Shown here: piece by piece, positions 38,010 through 52,519 of the stretch
How the letters are laid out: each line of letters begins with the position of its first letter
Position numbering within the stretch: position 1 is the first letter of the stretch
From: Vicugna vicugna
Taxonomy: Eukaryota
Assembly (NCBI GenBank): GCA_013265495.1
Contig: MU058528.1
Location: forward strand, 124,001 to 188,000
Length of the DNA stretch: 64,000 bases
Direction: 5' to 3'
Notes under the pieces: generated by a model
Database searches by the model: none
Told to the model about the DNA's origin: nothing
Seen by the model: only the letters and a program-made list of their open reading frames with translations
Program-made: the position numbers and the translations under genes

Positions 38010-39000
38010 ATATATAAAACCCTGTGCTGGATATAATAGTGGATACAAAATTGCATCATTTATAGATCCTGGCCTTACTCACTTGCAGTTTATGTGGAAA
38101 TTAGGATGTGTACCTAAATAATTAGATTAGAAAGTATAAAATAAAACATACTGCAAAGTATTATGGATGGTTTGGTTTCAGAGGAGGTGAGAAATTACTT
38201 GTATAAGTGGTGGAAGTGAGGATCTCATTAGAGGCAGGGCAGAGGATTTAAGGCAGGGGAAAGCATGAACAAATAGTGATGATGTCATTTCAGTGTGTAT
38301 CAGAATGAGCAAGTGATTTAAGTAGGCTGGAGTAAAGGAGTCATTAAGAAAAGCAAGTGGGAAACAGTGTTGGAAACATAAGATAAGGGCCATTTCATAG
38401 GGACCTGAGAATGCCAGGGAAAAGGGGCTGGTCTAGGTAATGGAGAACCACTGAAGGCTTAACAGTTGAGAGAATTATTTATAAAGGTATCACAAGAGTA
38501 GAATTTATAGATTTCAGCTAAAACTTAAGTATGGAGGAAAAGAGAAAGAAGAGTGAGAGGTGATGCCAAAATTATAAATCTTGATGCATGGAAAAATGGC
38601 CACAGTGTTAGTAGGAATGAAGAAGTCAAGAGGAGTTGCTGGTTGGGTGGAAAGGGGGCAGATATGCTGAGTGGGAAGTACAGATGGGACCAGCGGAGCT
38701 CCAGGAGAGAGCTGGAAATACAGAACTGACACTTAGGAGAGAAAACATTGGATTTCAGATTTGGAAACCATCTTCATAGAAGTGTTAATTAGACAGGGGA
38801 TTGAATCCGTTGCTCAAGGAGAAGACAGTTGAGAAAGAGAAGTGAAAATGGAATGAAACTTGGATCAGAAACACCAACATTCCAAGAACTGAAGTAGGAA
38901 AGAAGTGAGAAATCATCAGAATTGTGGGAGGAGATTCAGAGAACTGTCTCTTACCGAAAGCCAAGGGAAGAGAAACCAAAGGTAGACATGATCAACAGAT
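38010..39000 (-). mobile_element. L2 fragments
   Basis: Purine-rich; ggtaatggagaaccactgaaggctt, gaaagccaagggaagaga typical of antisense L2. Confidence 0.6.
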
Positions 39001-39234
39001 GAGATTGGGAGAAGGGGGAAATTTGGTATTTGTTCGTTTAGATTTCAAGTCCTCTATCTTTTTCATTTGAAAGGTTTTTTTGGCCTGGATTATTCTTAAT
39101 GCCTACTAGATTTGCCCTAACCTAGGCAGCTTGCTTTAAAATTTACCCTAAAAGACACACTTGCTTTAATAACGTGTAAAGCCTCACTTTCAACTTCTTC
39201 ATTAATCAATAATAATGATACATTAATTTTTCTT

Positions 39235-39420
39235 ATGGGCAGGCTCCACACTAAGCTCTTTATATGCAGTATTTTAATTTAATCTTCTTAACGAAATATG
39301 TAGCTTTATTCTGCCATTTGACAGATGAGCCGGAAAGATTATGTAGTTTGTCCAAGATCATGATGGGTAAATAAACAAGTGTCTCCATCTCCTGGTCCTT
39401 ATTCTTAACGTCTAGTCTGT
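39235..39420 (-). mobile_element. MIR
   Basis: ctaagctctttatatgc..tttaatcttc..ccatttgacagatgag..ttgtccaagatca. Confidence 0.6.
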
Positions 39421-42109
39421 ATTAATTCCCTATTTTCATATGCTTTCACATATATGAAAGTACTAATAACCTGAAATATGTATATTCATGATGTTAGCAG
39501 GTAGAGCATTTTTGTCAACATGCTTTGGCACAGAGGGTTATATTGCTTTACTGATGATGTTTGTATGTACTTTCTAATAAATATGTCTTATTTCCCAGAC
39601 TGCCTTCATTTTCCCTCGTTTATAGCATATGAACCAAATGTTCGTTTTATAATAGAAAAGTCTTAGCTATATCATGTTTTTATAATACCAAGATCTAGAA
39701 ATTTCCAAGAGAATTTGTATATAATATGATATATGAGACATTAGTGAAAAAAAAAGTTTATTATCCTGGCCTTTCAGAAATGTGACATCAAGTTCTCATT
39801 CACATTTTACAAAAGCCCAGAAATCTGGCACTTTGGGCTCACATGAAAGGACAGAAACATTCCTACTGAGTTAGAAATACCCAAGAAAACAGCAAATGTG
39901 TAGAGCTATTAAAAAATTTAGAGTGAAGCAGGAAGCAAAGTAACAGTGTAAATGATTTCCCATTTTTAAAAGCAAGAAAATATTTTTTTTTTGGAAAAGA
40001 CCACATTTGATTGACTCTCTAGTCATAACTCATAACTCACTTATGACTAGAGAATTATTTGAATCTTATGATGGTTTTTCATTAAAAAAAATCTGCTTCT
40101 CTAACTTCTCTAACACTGTGGTAATGGACTTGGATATTCTGCCTGTTGAATTGGTTGGTTATTTGGACACATACTCATATCCATCCAGAACTCATTATGC
40201 AGAATTTGAATTATCGTGGTCTCATATCTCCACCCCTCCCTTTCTTTCTACTCTTCTTACTTCTGAGTATTTCCATCGAGAACAAAACCAAGGGGGAAGT
40301 CTTCGAAGATTAGAGAGCAATGACCCTCATCTATCACGTAAGGGGATGAAAAAATGTGCAGCCCCTCTCCTCCTTTTCATAACTGAATCAAGAATTGGCT
40401 CTTCTAATGCTTTTACAGGGTGCACCTGTACAAGTCGCCCACTGAGCTGACACCACCTGCAATTCAGATTTATACAACCTGATTTTTCACTTGACAAAAA
40501 TTATTTTTCTCTGTTGCTTTGAAGGTAGGACTATATACTGACCCTCTTGATATGTTTGGAAAAGATAGGGGTATATGTTATGTATCTCCATCTTTCTATG
40601 CTATATATATGTTATATATCTATATATATCATATTTGTTACATATGTGTTATATCAGTCATTCACTGGCGGAACATTTATTAAGTGACTGCCATTTGCCC
40701 AGCACTGTGAATTCACAGACATGACTCCTGTCCTGAGTAATTCTGACCTCAGGAATCCTGACCTTCAGTATAAAGACACACAAATATAGAATTCTGTGTT
40801 CTCGTGTAAATATCTTACGTTAACCAAACTTCACTTTGTTTTGATCCCCTGTACATTTGGCTTCAGTGCTGTATTTAGAAAGGACATTTCCATTACATGG
40901 GGATTTGGGAAAAGGGGCTTGTGTGAATATTTGTGAGGAAACTGTTTTTGAAGGAATTTTCAACATTCTTCCCAACATTATTTTAGAAGTTCAGCTCTTG
41001 ATAGAAATAATTTCTCAGCTAGAACTGTGCTGTTTTAATAGGCATTCTGCATGGATTGGTTCCTTTTGTTGAGTGGTTGGAGGGGCTCTATTTGTACTTT
41101 GTTGTTTGGTAAAAGCTGAACATTAAAAAAATTAATAAATTTATCTTGATATTCTCAACCCTTTGCAAAGTCCTTGTACATTGAATGAATGGAGCTATGT
41201 GGTCCTCTAATATTACAAACAGGACAAAGGATAATCAACTGATACTTTTTTTTTCACCCCTCAGGAGAAATATTTAACATACTATTGAGAATCAATTGTT
41301 TTTAAAGATTTTAGGCTCTTCAAAATTACACTCCTTTATTTATATTCAAGTAATTTTTGTGCTTTTGACTTTATTAAAATATGTATCTTTTTAATCGCTC
41401 ATTGAAATACTTTTCAAGCTTAAGTGAAATTATATAATCAGTATAAGTAAATCTTGTTTTAGAAAATACATTTCATAGTCTAATCTTGTTTTCCTATATT
41501 AATTCCATTAATGTGGATTATTAAAATTTTTTATATTTGTCATGTGTATAATTTTCTTCTGACACATATGTAGTCTGTGTAGTTTATCCAGCAAAGATCA
41601 ACTGAGAATTGTTTTTATATATTTAAGTATCAATGCTTACACGTAGTGAAACTAACTAGAAAATGTCATAGAAATAAAGAGGAGATATAATCATTTAAAA
41701 TTTGTTTATGTAAAATAATTTAATAAAAATAATTTAAAATAAGTAACAGGTGAGCTTTCTAGTAATGAGTTATATTGGAAGGGGAAATGACTTTCCTAGT
41801 GTGATAGTGAGAACACAGCTCTCGGATATTTGGACAGGAACTGATGAAGCACTAAAATACACGGCAGGAAAAAGGCCAGACTGAAGAACTCTTGGGTGAA
41901 TAATCCATCATGTTTCTCCCATATGTTTTGTGCTATTCACATTTTGCATTTCTCTATGTAAAGTCATTCAGCCACTGGAGGTCTCTGTCTCTCTGTTCAA
42001 TTTTAGCAAGATGAGTGTGTGTCATTAATTATGAAAAGAACCATTCCCTTTAAAAAACAGTGATATTGAATAAGGAGGTTAATGGGCTGCATTTCAACTT
42101 AAATTTTTA

Positions 42110-45100
42110 AAAATGTAATTTAATTAATTTTTAATTAAAGTATAATTCACTCATATTATATGAGTTTCAGGTGTACAACATAGTGATTATATATTTTTAT
42201 ACATTACAAAATGATTATCAAAGTTTGGTTATCATCTGTGATCATACAAAGTTACTATAATGTTATTAACTATATACCTTATGCTGTACATTACACCCTC
42301 CCTGTGATTTACTTTATAACTGGAAAGTTGTACCTCTTAATCTCCCTCACGTATTTAATTTATCTCTCTTTTCCCTTCTGCTCTGGTAACCGCCAGGTTG
42401 TTCTCTGTATCAGAGTCTGTATGAATCTGTTTCTGTTTTGTTGTATTTGCCTGTTTGTTTTATGTTTTAGAGTCCACATATAAGTGAAATCATACAGTAT
42501 CTGTCTCTCTCTAGCTAATTTCACTTCGTATAATACTCTCAAGTTCTATCTATGTTGTCACAAACAGCAAGATCTCATTCTTTTTCATGGCTGAGTAACA
42601 TTCCATTGTGTGTGTGTATATGTACATATATCTCATATTATTTTAAAGGTTATACTCCATTTATAGTTATGAAATATTGGCTATATTCCCTGTGTTGTAC
42701 AATATATCCTTGTAGCTTATTTATTTTATATATAATCGTTTGTACCTTTAGCCCCCTCCCTCTCTCTTGCCCCTCCCCTTTCCCTCTCCCAACTGGTAAC
42801 CACTAGTTTGTTCTCTATATCTGTGAGTCTGTTTCTTTTTTTGTTACATTCACTACTTTGCATTATTTTTTAGATTCCTTATATAAGTGATATCATACAA
42901 TATGTGAAGTTTTCCTTACTCTTCAGTTTTTTGGAATAGTTTGAGAATGATAGGTGTCAACTTTTCTCTAAATGTTTGATAGAATTCACATGTAAACCTG
43001 TCTGGCCTTGGGATTTTGTTATTGTTTTTTTTATTTTTAATAACTGATTTAATTTTATTAGTGGTAATTGGTCTGTTCATATTCTCTATTTCCTCTTGGT
43101 TGACTTTTAAGAGATTCTAGGCTTCTAGGAATTTATTCATTTCTTATAGTTTTCCTATTTTATTAGTAATCTCTGTGATCCTTTGTATTTCTGTGATTTT
43201 GTAACTCTTTTTTCATTTCTGAATTTATTTATATATGTGCTCTCTCTCTTTTTGGATGAATGTGCCTGAAGTTTTATCAATTTTGTTTATCTTTTCAAAG
43301 AAACAGCTCTTCTTTTTCTTTTATTTTCTGTTGCTTCTTAGTGTCTGTTTCACTTGTTTTGGCTCTGATCTTCAGTATTTTTCTTTTTATAATAATACTG
43401 AGTTTCATTTGTTCTTCTTTTTCTAGATTCTTTATGTGCAGGGTTAGTTTGCTTATTTGAAATTTTTCTTGTTTGCTGAGGTAGGCTTGTACCACTAGAA
43501 ACTTCCCTGTAGAATTGCTTTTCCTTGCATTCCATAGATTTCGTATGGTTGTATTTCCATTTTTGTTTCCAGGTGTTTTAAATTTTCTTCTTTGATTTCT
43601 TCAGTGGCCCATTGGTTGTTTAGTAGCATATTGGTTAAACTCCACATGTTTGTGGTTTTTTTGCAGCTCTTTTTTCTTTTAGTTGAGTCTAGTCTCATAC
43701 CTTTGTGGTAATTAAAGATGTTGGATGGGATTTTGGTCTTAAATTTACTAAGTCTTGTTTTGTGGCCCAGCATGTGACCTATACTAGAGAAAGTTCCATG
43801 TGTACTGCTCTTTTTGATTGGCCTATTCTATATATATTGATTAATTCCATCTGGCCTAATATGTCATTCAAGGTCAGTGTTTCCGTATTGATTTTCCGTC
43901 CAGATGTTCTAATATCTGATTACTGATGCAAGTGAGGTATTAAAGTCCTTTACTATTAATGTGTTACTGTCAATTTCTCCCTTTATGTTTATTGATTATT
44001 GCTTTATATACTCAAGTGTTACTGTGTTGGGCGCATAGATACTGACAGTAGTTGTATCTTCTTGGATTGCATCCTTTATTATTACATAATGCCCTGTTTT
44101 GTGTCTTGTTGCAGTCTTTGTTTTAGGGTTTGTTCTGATGTAAGTGTTGCTACCCTGGCTTTCTTTCTGTTTCCATTTGCACAGAACAACTTTTTCCATT
44201 CCCTCACTTTCAGTCTGTGTGTGTCTTTAGATCTGAAGTGAGTCTCTTGTAGGCAACATATATATGGGTCTTGCTTTGCATCCATTTAGCCACTTTATGT
44301 CTTTTGATTGGAACATTTAGCCATTTAAATTGAAGGTGATTATCAATAGTTATGTACTTATTGCCATTTTGTTAATTGTTTTTTGATTGTTTTTGTAGTT
44401 ATTTTTTGTTCCTATCTTCTTCTTTTGCTTTCTTCCCTTGTGGTTTGATAACTATTTTTAGTGTTATGTTTGAATTTCTTTCTCTTTTTTTGTTTGTATC
44501 TACTGTAGATATTTGCTTTGTGGTTACCATGAGGTTTATGTATAGCAATGCATATATAGAGAGATTATATATTGATTATTATATATATGATTATTTAAAT
44601 TGTTGATCTTTTAAGTTCAAATGAAGTTTAATGTTTTAACCCTGCGTTTTTACTACCTCCACATTTAATGTTTGACATCATATTTTACATCCTTTTGTGT
44701 GTGTGTATTCCTTAACTACTTATTGTAGATATAGATGATTTTACTACTTTTGTCTTTTAACCTTCCTACTGGATTCATAAGTGATTGATCTACTACTGTT
44801 ACTGTGTATTTGTCTTTACCAATGAGATTTTTCTTTTTGTAAATTTCTAGTTGTAGTCTTTTCTGCTTGGAAAAGTCCCTTTAACGTTCCTTGTTAGGCT
44901 GGTTTTGTGGTGATAAACTCTTTCAGCCTCACTTGTGTGTAAAACTCTGGGTATCTCTTTCAAATCTGAATGATAGCCTTGCCAGGTAGAGTATTCTTGG
45001 TTGTCCTTTCATCTCTTTAAAGATATTGTGCAACTCCTTTCTGGTCTGCCGAGTTTCTGCTGAAAAGTCAGTATATAATCTTATGACAGTTCCCTTGTAG

Positions 45101-47590
45101 ATTACTAGTTACTTTTCTCTTTCTGCTTTTAATATTCTCTCTTTATCTTTAATTTTTGCTATTTTAATTACAACATGTCTTGTTTGGAACTCTGTGTTTT
45201 TGGACCTGTATGTGTATTTCCTTTCCCAGGTTAGGGAATTTTTCAGCTATTATGTCTTCAGATATTTTCTCTGCCACTTTCTCTTTCTTCTCTTTCTGGA
45301 ACCCATATAATGTGAATGTTAGTATGTTTGAAGTTGTCCCAGATGTCTCTTAAACTATCCTCATTTAAAAAAATTCTTTCTTCTTTTTCTGTTCAGCTTG
45401 AGTCAGTTCTACTATTCTGTCTTCTGATTCATTGATCTGGTCCTTATTGCCTTCTAAACTACTGTTGATTTCTTTGAGTGTATTTTTAAATTTCAGTTAT
45501 TGTATTCTTTTTTTAACATTTTTTATTGATTTATAATCACTTTACAATGTTGTGTCAAATTCCAGTGTAGAGCATAATTTTTCAGTTATACATGAACATA
45601 TATATATTCATTGTCATATTTTTTTCTCTGCAAGCTGCCAAAAAATCTCGTATATATTTCTCTGTGCTATACAAGAATAAACAAATGGGACCTAATGAAA
45701 CTTACAAGCTTCTGCACAGCAAAGGAAACTGTAAGTAAAACAAAAAGACAACCTACGGAATGGGATAAAATTTTTGCAAATGAAACCGACAAAGTCTTGA
45801 TTTCCAGAATATATAAGCAGCTCATATGACTTAATAAGAAAAAGCAAACAACCCAATCCAAAAATGGGCAGAAGACCTAAACAAGCAATTCTCCAAGGAA
45901 GACATACAAATGATCAATAGGCATATGAAAAAATGCTCAATATCACTAATTATCAGAGAAATGCAAATCAAAACTACAATGAGGTATCACCTCACACCAG
46001 TCAGAATGGCCATCATTCAAAAGTCCACAAATGACAAATGCTGGAGAGGCTGTGGAGAAAAGGGAACCCTCCTACACTGCTGGTGGGAATGCACTTTGGT
46101 GCAGCCACTGTGGAAAACAGTATGGAGATTCCTCAAAAGACTAGTAACAGACCTCCCAAATGACCCAGGAATCCTGCTCCTGGGCATATATCCAGAAGGA
46201 ACCCTACTTCAAAATGACACCTGCACCCCAGTGTTCATAGCAGCACTACTTACAATAGCCAAGACATGGAAACAGCCTAAATGTCCATCAACAGATGACT
46301 GGATAAAGAAGAGGTGGTATATTTATACAATGGAATACTATTCAGCCATAAAAACCAACAACATAATGCCATTTGCAGCAACATGGATGCTCCTGGAGAA
46401 TGTCATTCTAAGTGAAGTAAGCCAGAAAGAGAAAGAAAAATACCATATGAGATCACTCATATGGGGAATCTAAAAAAAAAATACAAACAAAACATAAATA
46501 CAAAACAGAAACAGACTTATAGACATAGAATATAAACTTGTGGTTGCCAAGCGGGCAGGGGGTGGGAAGGGATAGACTGGGATTTCAAAGTGTAGAATCA
46601 GTTATTGTATTCTTTACCATTGTTTGGTTCTTCTTTATATTTTCTAACTCTGTTAGAAAATTCTAACTTCCACTGTGTTCACCCAATCTTCTCTCAAGTG
46701 TTTTTGAGCTGCTGTATGATCGTTACCTCTTTGTCAGGTAGATTGCTATCTCTGCTTTACTTAGTTCTTTCTCTGGGGCTTTATCTTGTTCCTTTGTTTA
46801 GAAAACTTTCTTCTGTCACCTTATTTTATGTAACTTGCTGTTTTTATTTCTATGTATCTGGTAGCTTAGTATGTTTCCTGATCTTGGTGAAGTGGCTTTA
46901 TGTTGGAGATGTCCTATGGGATCCAGCAGTACCCCAATTTTGACTGCTTAAACTCTTCTGCTAAAAATTCCAAAATGGTACTTTCCAATGTCCTTGTGGC
47001 AGAATGAGCTTCCCCAAATGGCTGCTGCCAGAGTCCTTTTCCTCAGAATGAGTCCAGTTGCCCCTTGCCTCTCAAGGAGGGTCTCCAAGATCAGCAGGTG
47101 GGTCTGACGCAGGCTCCATTCAAATTGTTGCTTCTGCCTTGGGTCCCAGAGCATGTGAGATTTGTGTGCACCCTTTAAGAATGGAGTATCCATATCCCAT
47201 AGTACTTTGGCTCTTCTGAAAGTAAGCTCCACCGGCCTTCAAAGTCGGATATTCTGGAAGCCTGTCTTCCCAGTGAAGGACCTCTGGGCTGCGGAGCCTG
47301 ATGTGGTCCTTGTACCCCTTGCTTTTTGGGGGGAACATTTGCAATTGTAATTGTTCTCCCATTTATGGGTCTCCCATCCAGGGATGTGGGTCTTGACTAT
47401 ACCATGTCTCCACCCCTCCAGCCCATCTCATTGTGTTTCCTTATTTATATCTTTGGCTGTAGAAGATCTTTTATGCTACTCTTCAGGTTGTTCCAATTGA
47501 TAGTTGCTCTGTAAATAGTTGTGCTGTTGGTGTGCCCAGGGGAGGAGGTGAGCTCAGGGTCTTCCTACTCTGCCGTCTTAACCACTCCTT
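42110..47590 (-). mobile_element. Long L1 (two tandem 3'UTR pieces, RT region missing, EN, ORF1, 5'UTR) hosting a nested young L1
   Basis: EN peptide ICCLQETHFRSKDTHRLKVREWKK; ORF1 region ~44870-46900; 5'UTR start ggttaagacggcagagtagg on the minus strand. Confidence 0.9.
45511..46597 (-). mobile_element. Young 5'-inverted (twin-primed) L1
   Basis: Poly(T) and antisense 3'UTR to ~45672, then sense ORF2 C-terminus (187-aa ORF with [18 protein letters not shown]); perfect 18-bp TSD tcagttattgtattcttt at 45493-45510 and 46598-46615. Confidence 0.95.
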
Positions 47591-49306
47591 ATATGTCTAC
47601 TTTTAATAGCTAGAAAATGCATGTTGCTTCTAGATGTTACAGTCACAGCTTTGGTTTAAACAGGGCAATATTTGTGGCTATTATTCAAGTGTGTATGAGA
47701 CTAGATGGATATCCACATTCAAGAATATTTAACTACTCTTGTCTTCAGAGAAATGACAAGGCACTGACTATAACTGGTGACTTGATTTTATCTTTTCTTA
47801 TTTTACATGTAGAAAAAAATGTATGTATTTGTCTTTAGAATAAATAAAATACACTGGGCATAAAGATATTTTTTCCTAAAATAAGGCTTTGAAAGAATTA
47901 AGAGAATATTTGCCTTCAAGCTACAAACTACTTTTAAATGTTTCCAGACTAGCAAATATTCAAGTTGAAAGATGTGAGATTTGAAATATTAAAAATACTA
48001 CTATTCATGGGAGGAATGCCACAGACATTAGCCTTGAAAGTTAATTTCATTGAAAAAATTATTTACTGAACACTTATTTTATGTAAGAGAGTGTGCTGTT
48101 TTATGAGGTATATAGGTGAAGAAGAACTCATCTGTTCTGAGGAAATTTCTAGCAAGTAGGGGGTGAGGATAAGACAAAGATAAAAGAAAATGTGAATTAG
48201 AACAGATAAGGTGCTACAGAGAATCAAAGGTGGAAGAGATCACATTTGTACCAGGAATATCAGAAAAAAATTTCATGTGTTGCCATTGAGGGAGGTGAGA
48301 TTTTGATAGACAACTATTTAGTGAGGTAGCACTGGGGAGGTGTGGAGTGGATTTGAGGAATAGCATCTGGTACAGGCTGGCTGAAGGACAGTCAGTATGC
48401 GATTTGCAATGATGTGATCAGAGTTTTAATATCAGCCTGAGAATTTTGAATTTAATTTATAAAGAAAAAATGAAATTTATAATTAATAAATGCCTGTTAT
48501 TAGCCAGGCTCTATACTGGTGTTTTTTTTTTTATAATAACCCTTCTCAATATTATCACCATTTAATGGATTAAGATTCTGGGCATAGGGAAATGAGGTGG
48601 TTTACCTAAAGTGACAATTTTGTAGTCAAAGTGATAAAGGAAGAAGAAATAAAGACATGGCATATTTCATCAAAGCTCAAGTGCCATCATTCAAAACACA
48701 TATTTTATGTCTTAGTAAGATTGGGAAGAATGCCATCAAATTAAACAGACATACTATTGATTATAATATACAGTGTAATTTTAGAAATGGTAAAATATTT
48801 TTTATTTAAAAGAATATGTTTTTTGAATTGAGGAGAAATTTATTTTCAAGAAAACAAGGGGAAAAGGGAAGGCTAGTCAACCCAAGTACAACACAAGAAG
48901 AGTAAACCATGAGCAAAGACCTCTTCATTGTAACAACAATATGATAGCTTTGTAGAGTGTTTGTGTGCATCTGCAGAGTATCTTACAACTGTTGAAGTGT
49001 ATTCACATGCATTATTTCACTTGAGCCTCATGAAAACTCTCTTTCTATTACTGTTTCTATTTGAAAACATGAAAAAGTTGTCTGGTGTTCTAGTTTTCAA
49101 GAAAATTGCACACAATATAACCTAAAATATATTTTTATTATAAAAATTATATACTGTTTTACAAAAAATGTATAACAAGGTAGAAAGATGACAACTGTTA
49201 GTCGTAGCTCTGATCAGGGTAGGAGGTAGAAAGAGAACAAGAGTTTCACTTTGTAGAATTTCACATTGTTTGAGATTTTTTAAAATAAACATGTATTATT
49301 TAAAAT

Positions 49307-49765
49307 CATAATGCCATTTGCAGCAATGTGGATGCTCCTGGAGAATGTCATTCTAAGTGAAGTAAGCCAGAAAGAGAAAGAAAAACACCATGTGAGATCG
49401 CTCATATGTGGAATCTAAAAAACAAACAAACAAACAAACAAAAAACAAAAACAACAACAACAACAAAAAAACAAAGCATAAATACAGAACAGAAATAGAC
49501 TCATAGACATAGAATACAGACTTGTGGTTGCCAAGGGGGTGGGGTGTGGGAAGAGATAGACTGGGATTTCAAAATTGTAGAATAGAATAGCAAGATTATA
49601 CTGTATAGCACAGGGAAATATATACAAGATCTTATGGTAGCTCACTTGAAAGGATTGTGACAATGAATATATATATGTTCATGTATAATTGAAAAATTGT
49701 GCTCTACACTGGAAATTTGACACAACATTGTAAAATGATTATAAATCAATAAAAAATGTTAAAAA
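49307..49765 (+). mobile_element. Young L1 3' end
   Basis: Highly similar to 46365-46597 plus the reverse complement of 45511-45670; ends caataaaaaatgttaaaaa. Confidence 0.92.
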
Positions 49766-50941
49766 TAATCAAATGTAAATTTTTCAAAATGAAAGAAAAT
49801 AATGCAAAACAATGAAGACTTGAAGGCCCACAGAGTTTCTGTGATCTGACTAAGGTCACACTGATCGTAGTGAGAGAATGGAGTAGCTCTCAGGCCGGGA
49901 GAACCAGTTTTACCAGCTCACCATTGTGCAGACATCGGGGAATCCAGCAATGGCCTATTCACCCAACAGAGCACAGGAAAGGGGGCACAGACAGCCATTT
50001 GATTGGAAATCTCTCCTTAAAATAAAACTAATACTTGGAAAATTACGCTGGATGATCTGCTGGCTTCATCAAATCGGCATTTTAATGCAGCAGAAATAAA
50101 TAAATGTGGGTATAATGGGCAGCTTTGAAAAAGAAAATACTTATTCAGGGCTCCATAGGACATATGTGGCTAAGGGTGTTGAAAAAGGAGGAATGATCCT
50201 GTCTACATAGCCCAGGGGGTAGGAATAGATATTCACTGACAAGTGTGAATCAAAGCTAAAGACTCAGGACCCTCTTTGGGCAGTCTTAGCAAGATGTCGT
50301 ATTCAAAAGAAACACTCCTGAGATTTCTCAAAAATCTTTGAAAAGCTATTGAAATGTGCCCTAAAGCCTAGTGAAAAGATTTTGGTGTATTCCATTCACC
50401 ACATAGAAAATGATCTTAAAATACTTTCTCCATCCATCTCATGAAGTCTCATTACTGTTTGGCAGTGACTTCAGCCCCTCAAAATCCTTTCTCAAAGCTC
50501 CCTAGTGTCCCCTTTCCAAACTCATTTCATACTAGCCCTTCTTCTTTTCAACTCCTTCCATCTTGTTGGTTTATTTTCTTCCACTGGAGTGGTTACTCAG
50601 CCACAACACACCAACAAGCGAGGGAACTATGTTCTGAAACTTCCTTGGAAAGGAAGCTTCCTTGGAAAGAAGACTCTGAATACTTAAGTCATCAGAATAT
50701 AATTGAGGTCCCTTGTGAGCCAGGGTCTGGGTCATATCGCTGTCAAAGAAACAGCAGTCTGACTCTAGAAGCCAAGACAAATAGTGTTGCTCTTTAAGGG
50801 TTTCTAAGGAGCATAGTGCAAAGGTCTCATGCAACGCATTATGTAGAAGGCTTCCTAAAATAGTTCTAACATCTCTCTCCCTATCAGTGTATCCCATATG
50901 AGGCAAATGTGAGGAATCCCAAAGTAGGGGAAGTCATCAGA

Positions 50942-50960
50942 TGACCACTAGGGGGAGCAT
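50942..50960 (+). promoter_or_regulatory. Candidate CTCF site
   Basis: tgaccactagggggagcat is a near-consensus CTCF motif. Confidence 0.6.
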
Positions 50961-51164
50961 ACGGGAGGGTGAGAGTAGTTTGTGATTTGTCTGATAAAGG
51001 GGTCATTCTTAGTGTTCTTTCACTCATTCAATCAAAAAGTGTTCATTAAGCCCCAGCTAGAGGCTGGGCGCTCTGATAGGGACTGGGGACACTATAGTGA
51101 ATTCCAGACTTATAGTCTGTCAGGAAAACAGACATCCAACACTGGAATTGTAATGAGTGTTATA

Positions 51165-51400
51165 AAATCTTACGTATATCGAATGCTCACTTTGTGCCAG
51201 ATCTTATGCTAAAAGCTGTACATTTAATCTTCATGTAATTATCTAGTATTTTCTAGAAACTAATATGATAAATACCATTATTATCTCCATTCTACCAGTG
51301 GAGAAGCTGGGTGTTACACAGTAACAACTTACCTAAGGTCACACATTTAATAAATATTGGAGCCAGGATCTAAAACTAAGTTTATCTAACTTCTGGCCTG
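51165..51400 (-). mobile_element. MIR
   Basis: gaatgctcactttgtgccag..attattatctccattc..aacttacctaaggtcacaca..ggagccaggat. Confidence 0.7.
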
Positions 51401-51769
51401 AAGTTCTTAGCCAGTTTTTAAGCACTGTTGCTTTCTAGGAGGGAGGGAGAAGACAAGAGGATGAAAAACGGTGCCGTTGTGGAAAGAAACTGAGAAGTTT
51501 CTGCCCCTACCATCCAGAATTTGGGCTGAACTCAGGGAATGAAGAGAACAGAATGCAGAGAAGAAGATCCTTTGGAGCTGGGTCCCAGGGCACTTGGCTG
51601 AAGATCTGGCAACCAGCAGCTTGGCCCGTAACCTGAGAAGCAAGGTCAGGGGCATGGGCTTCAGTGAAGGGAGGCCTACTCTGGGGAGGGATCCTATATG
51701 AACAAGCTTTTAAAAAATACTAGCATTTGGTCGGATTCTCAACTCCTCTCTGAGAGGCAGTAAACTCAG

Positions 51770-51980
51770 CAAAGCAATGGTCAGTAAAAGCAGCTCTGGC
51801 CTCAAATGATCCTGGTGTAAATTTATAGCTCAGGAGCTGTGTGGCTCTAGCTAAGGACTTAACTTTTCTGTGCCTCAGTTTACTTATGTGTGAGATGAGT
51901 AATTTCAGGCTTCAGATGAGTAAGTCTACGGTAGTTATAAAGATTATACTAAGTTCTTTATAAAAATTGCTTAGTCCAGT
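51770..51980 (+). mobile_element. MIR
   Basis: acttaacttttctgtgcctcagtttacttatgtg core. Confidence 0.6.
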
Positions 51981-52204
51981 ATCAGAGACAGAGTTCGCCT
52001 GCAGTCAACGACAGGGATTAATATCACGGGCTGTTTGCAGGGTTAATGCTCATGATGTTGTTTTCTATGAACCAGATTACCTTCTAGGGCTTTGTTTTTA
52101 AGAATGCATACAGAGTCTGGTGGACTGCCCAGTATGCAATGCGTGTTGGCATACTAGATGGGGCATTATTAATTTTTATTATTATTTTCACCATTACCTA
52201 CAGT

Positions 52205-52415
52205 TGACTTCTACGGGGCACTTACCATGTCAGACGGTGCGCTAGGGAACTTACACACACAGTGGCATTTCATCCTCACAGCAGACCTGTGAGGTGGACA
52301 CTATTATTAATCCTCCTCTGGTGACAAGGACTCTGAGACCTAAGTGACTTACCCAAGGCCACATACTGGTAGAGTTTGGTTCCAGGTTTTGAGCTCAGTT
52401 CTGTCTTCTGTTTGA
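52205..52415 (-). mobile_element. MIR
   Basis: tttcatcctcacagcagacctgtgagg..aagtgacttacccaaggccacatactgg. Confidence 0.75.
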
Positions 52416-52519
52416 AAGGAGATCTTTTGACGGGGGTGAGCTGGTCTGTCAGGTGGGCAGCGTGGCAGTCAGAACTTCTCCTTCCTCTACACACCTGTGG
52501 CTTCCCTCCTGACCCCCTG

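Noticed and set aside
40007..40450. 147-aa ORF
   Set aside because: Non-ATG start, no recognisable domain, no splice context.
45910..46473. 187-aa ORF as a host zinc-knuckle gene
   Set aside because: It is the L1 ORF2 C-terminus inside a TSD-flanked insertion.
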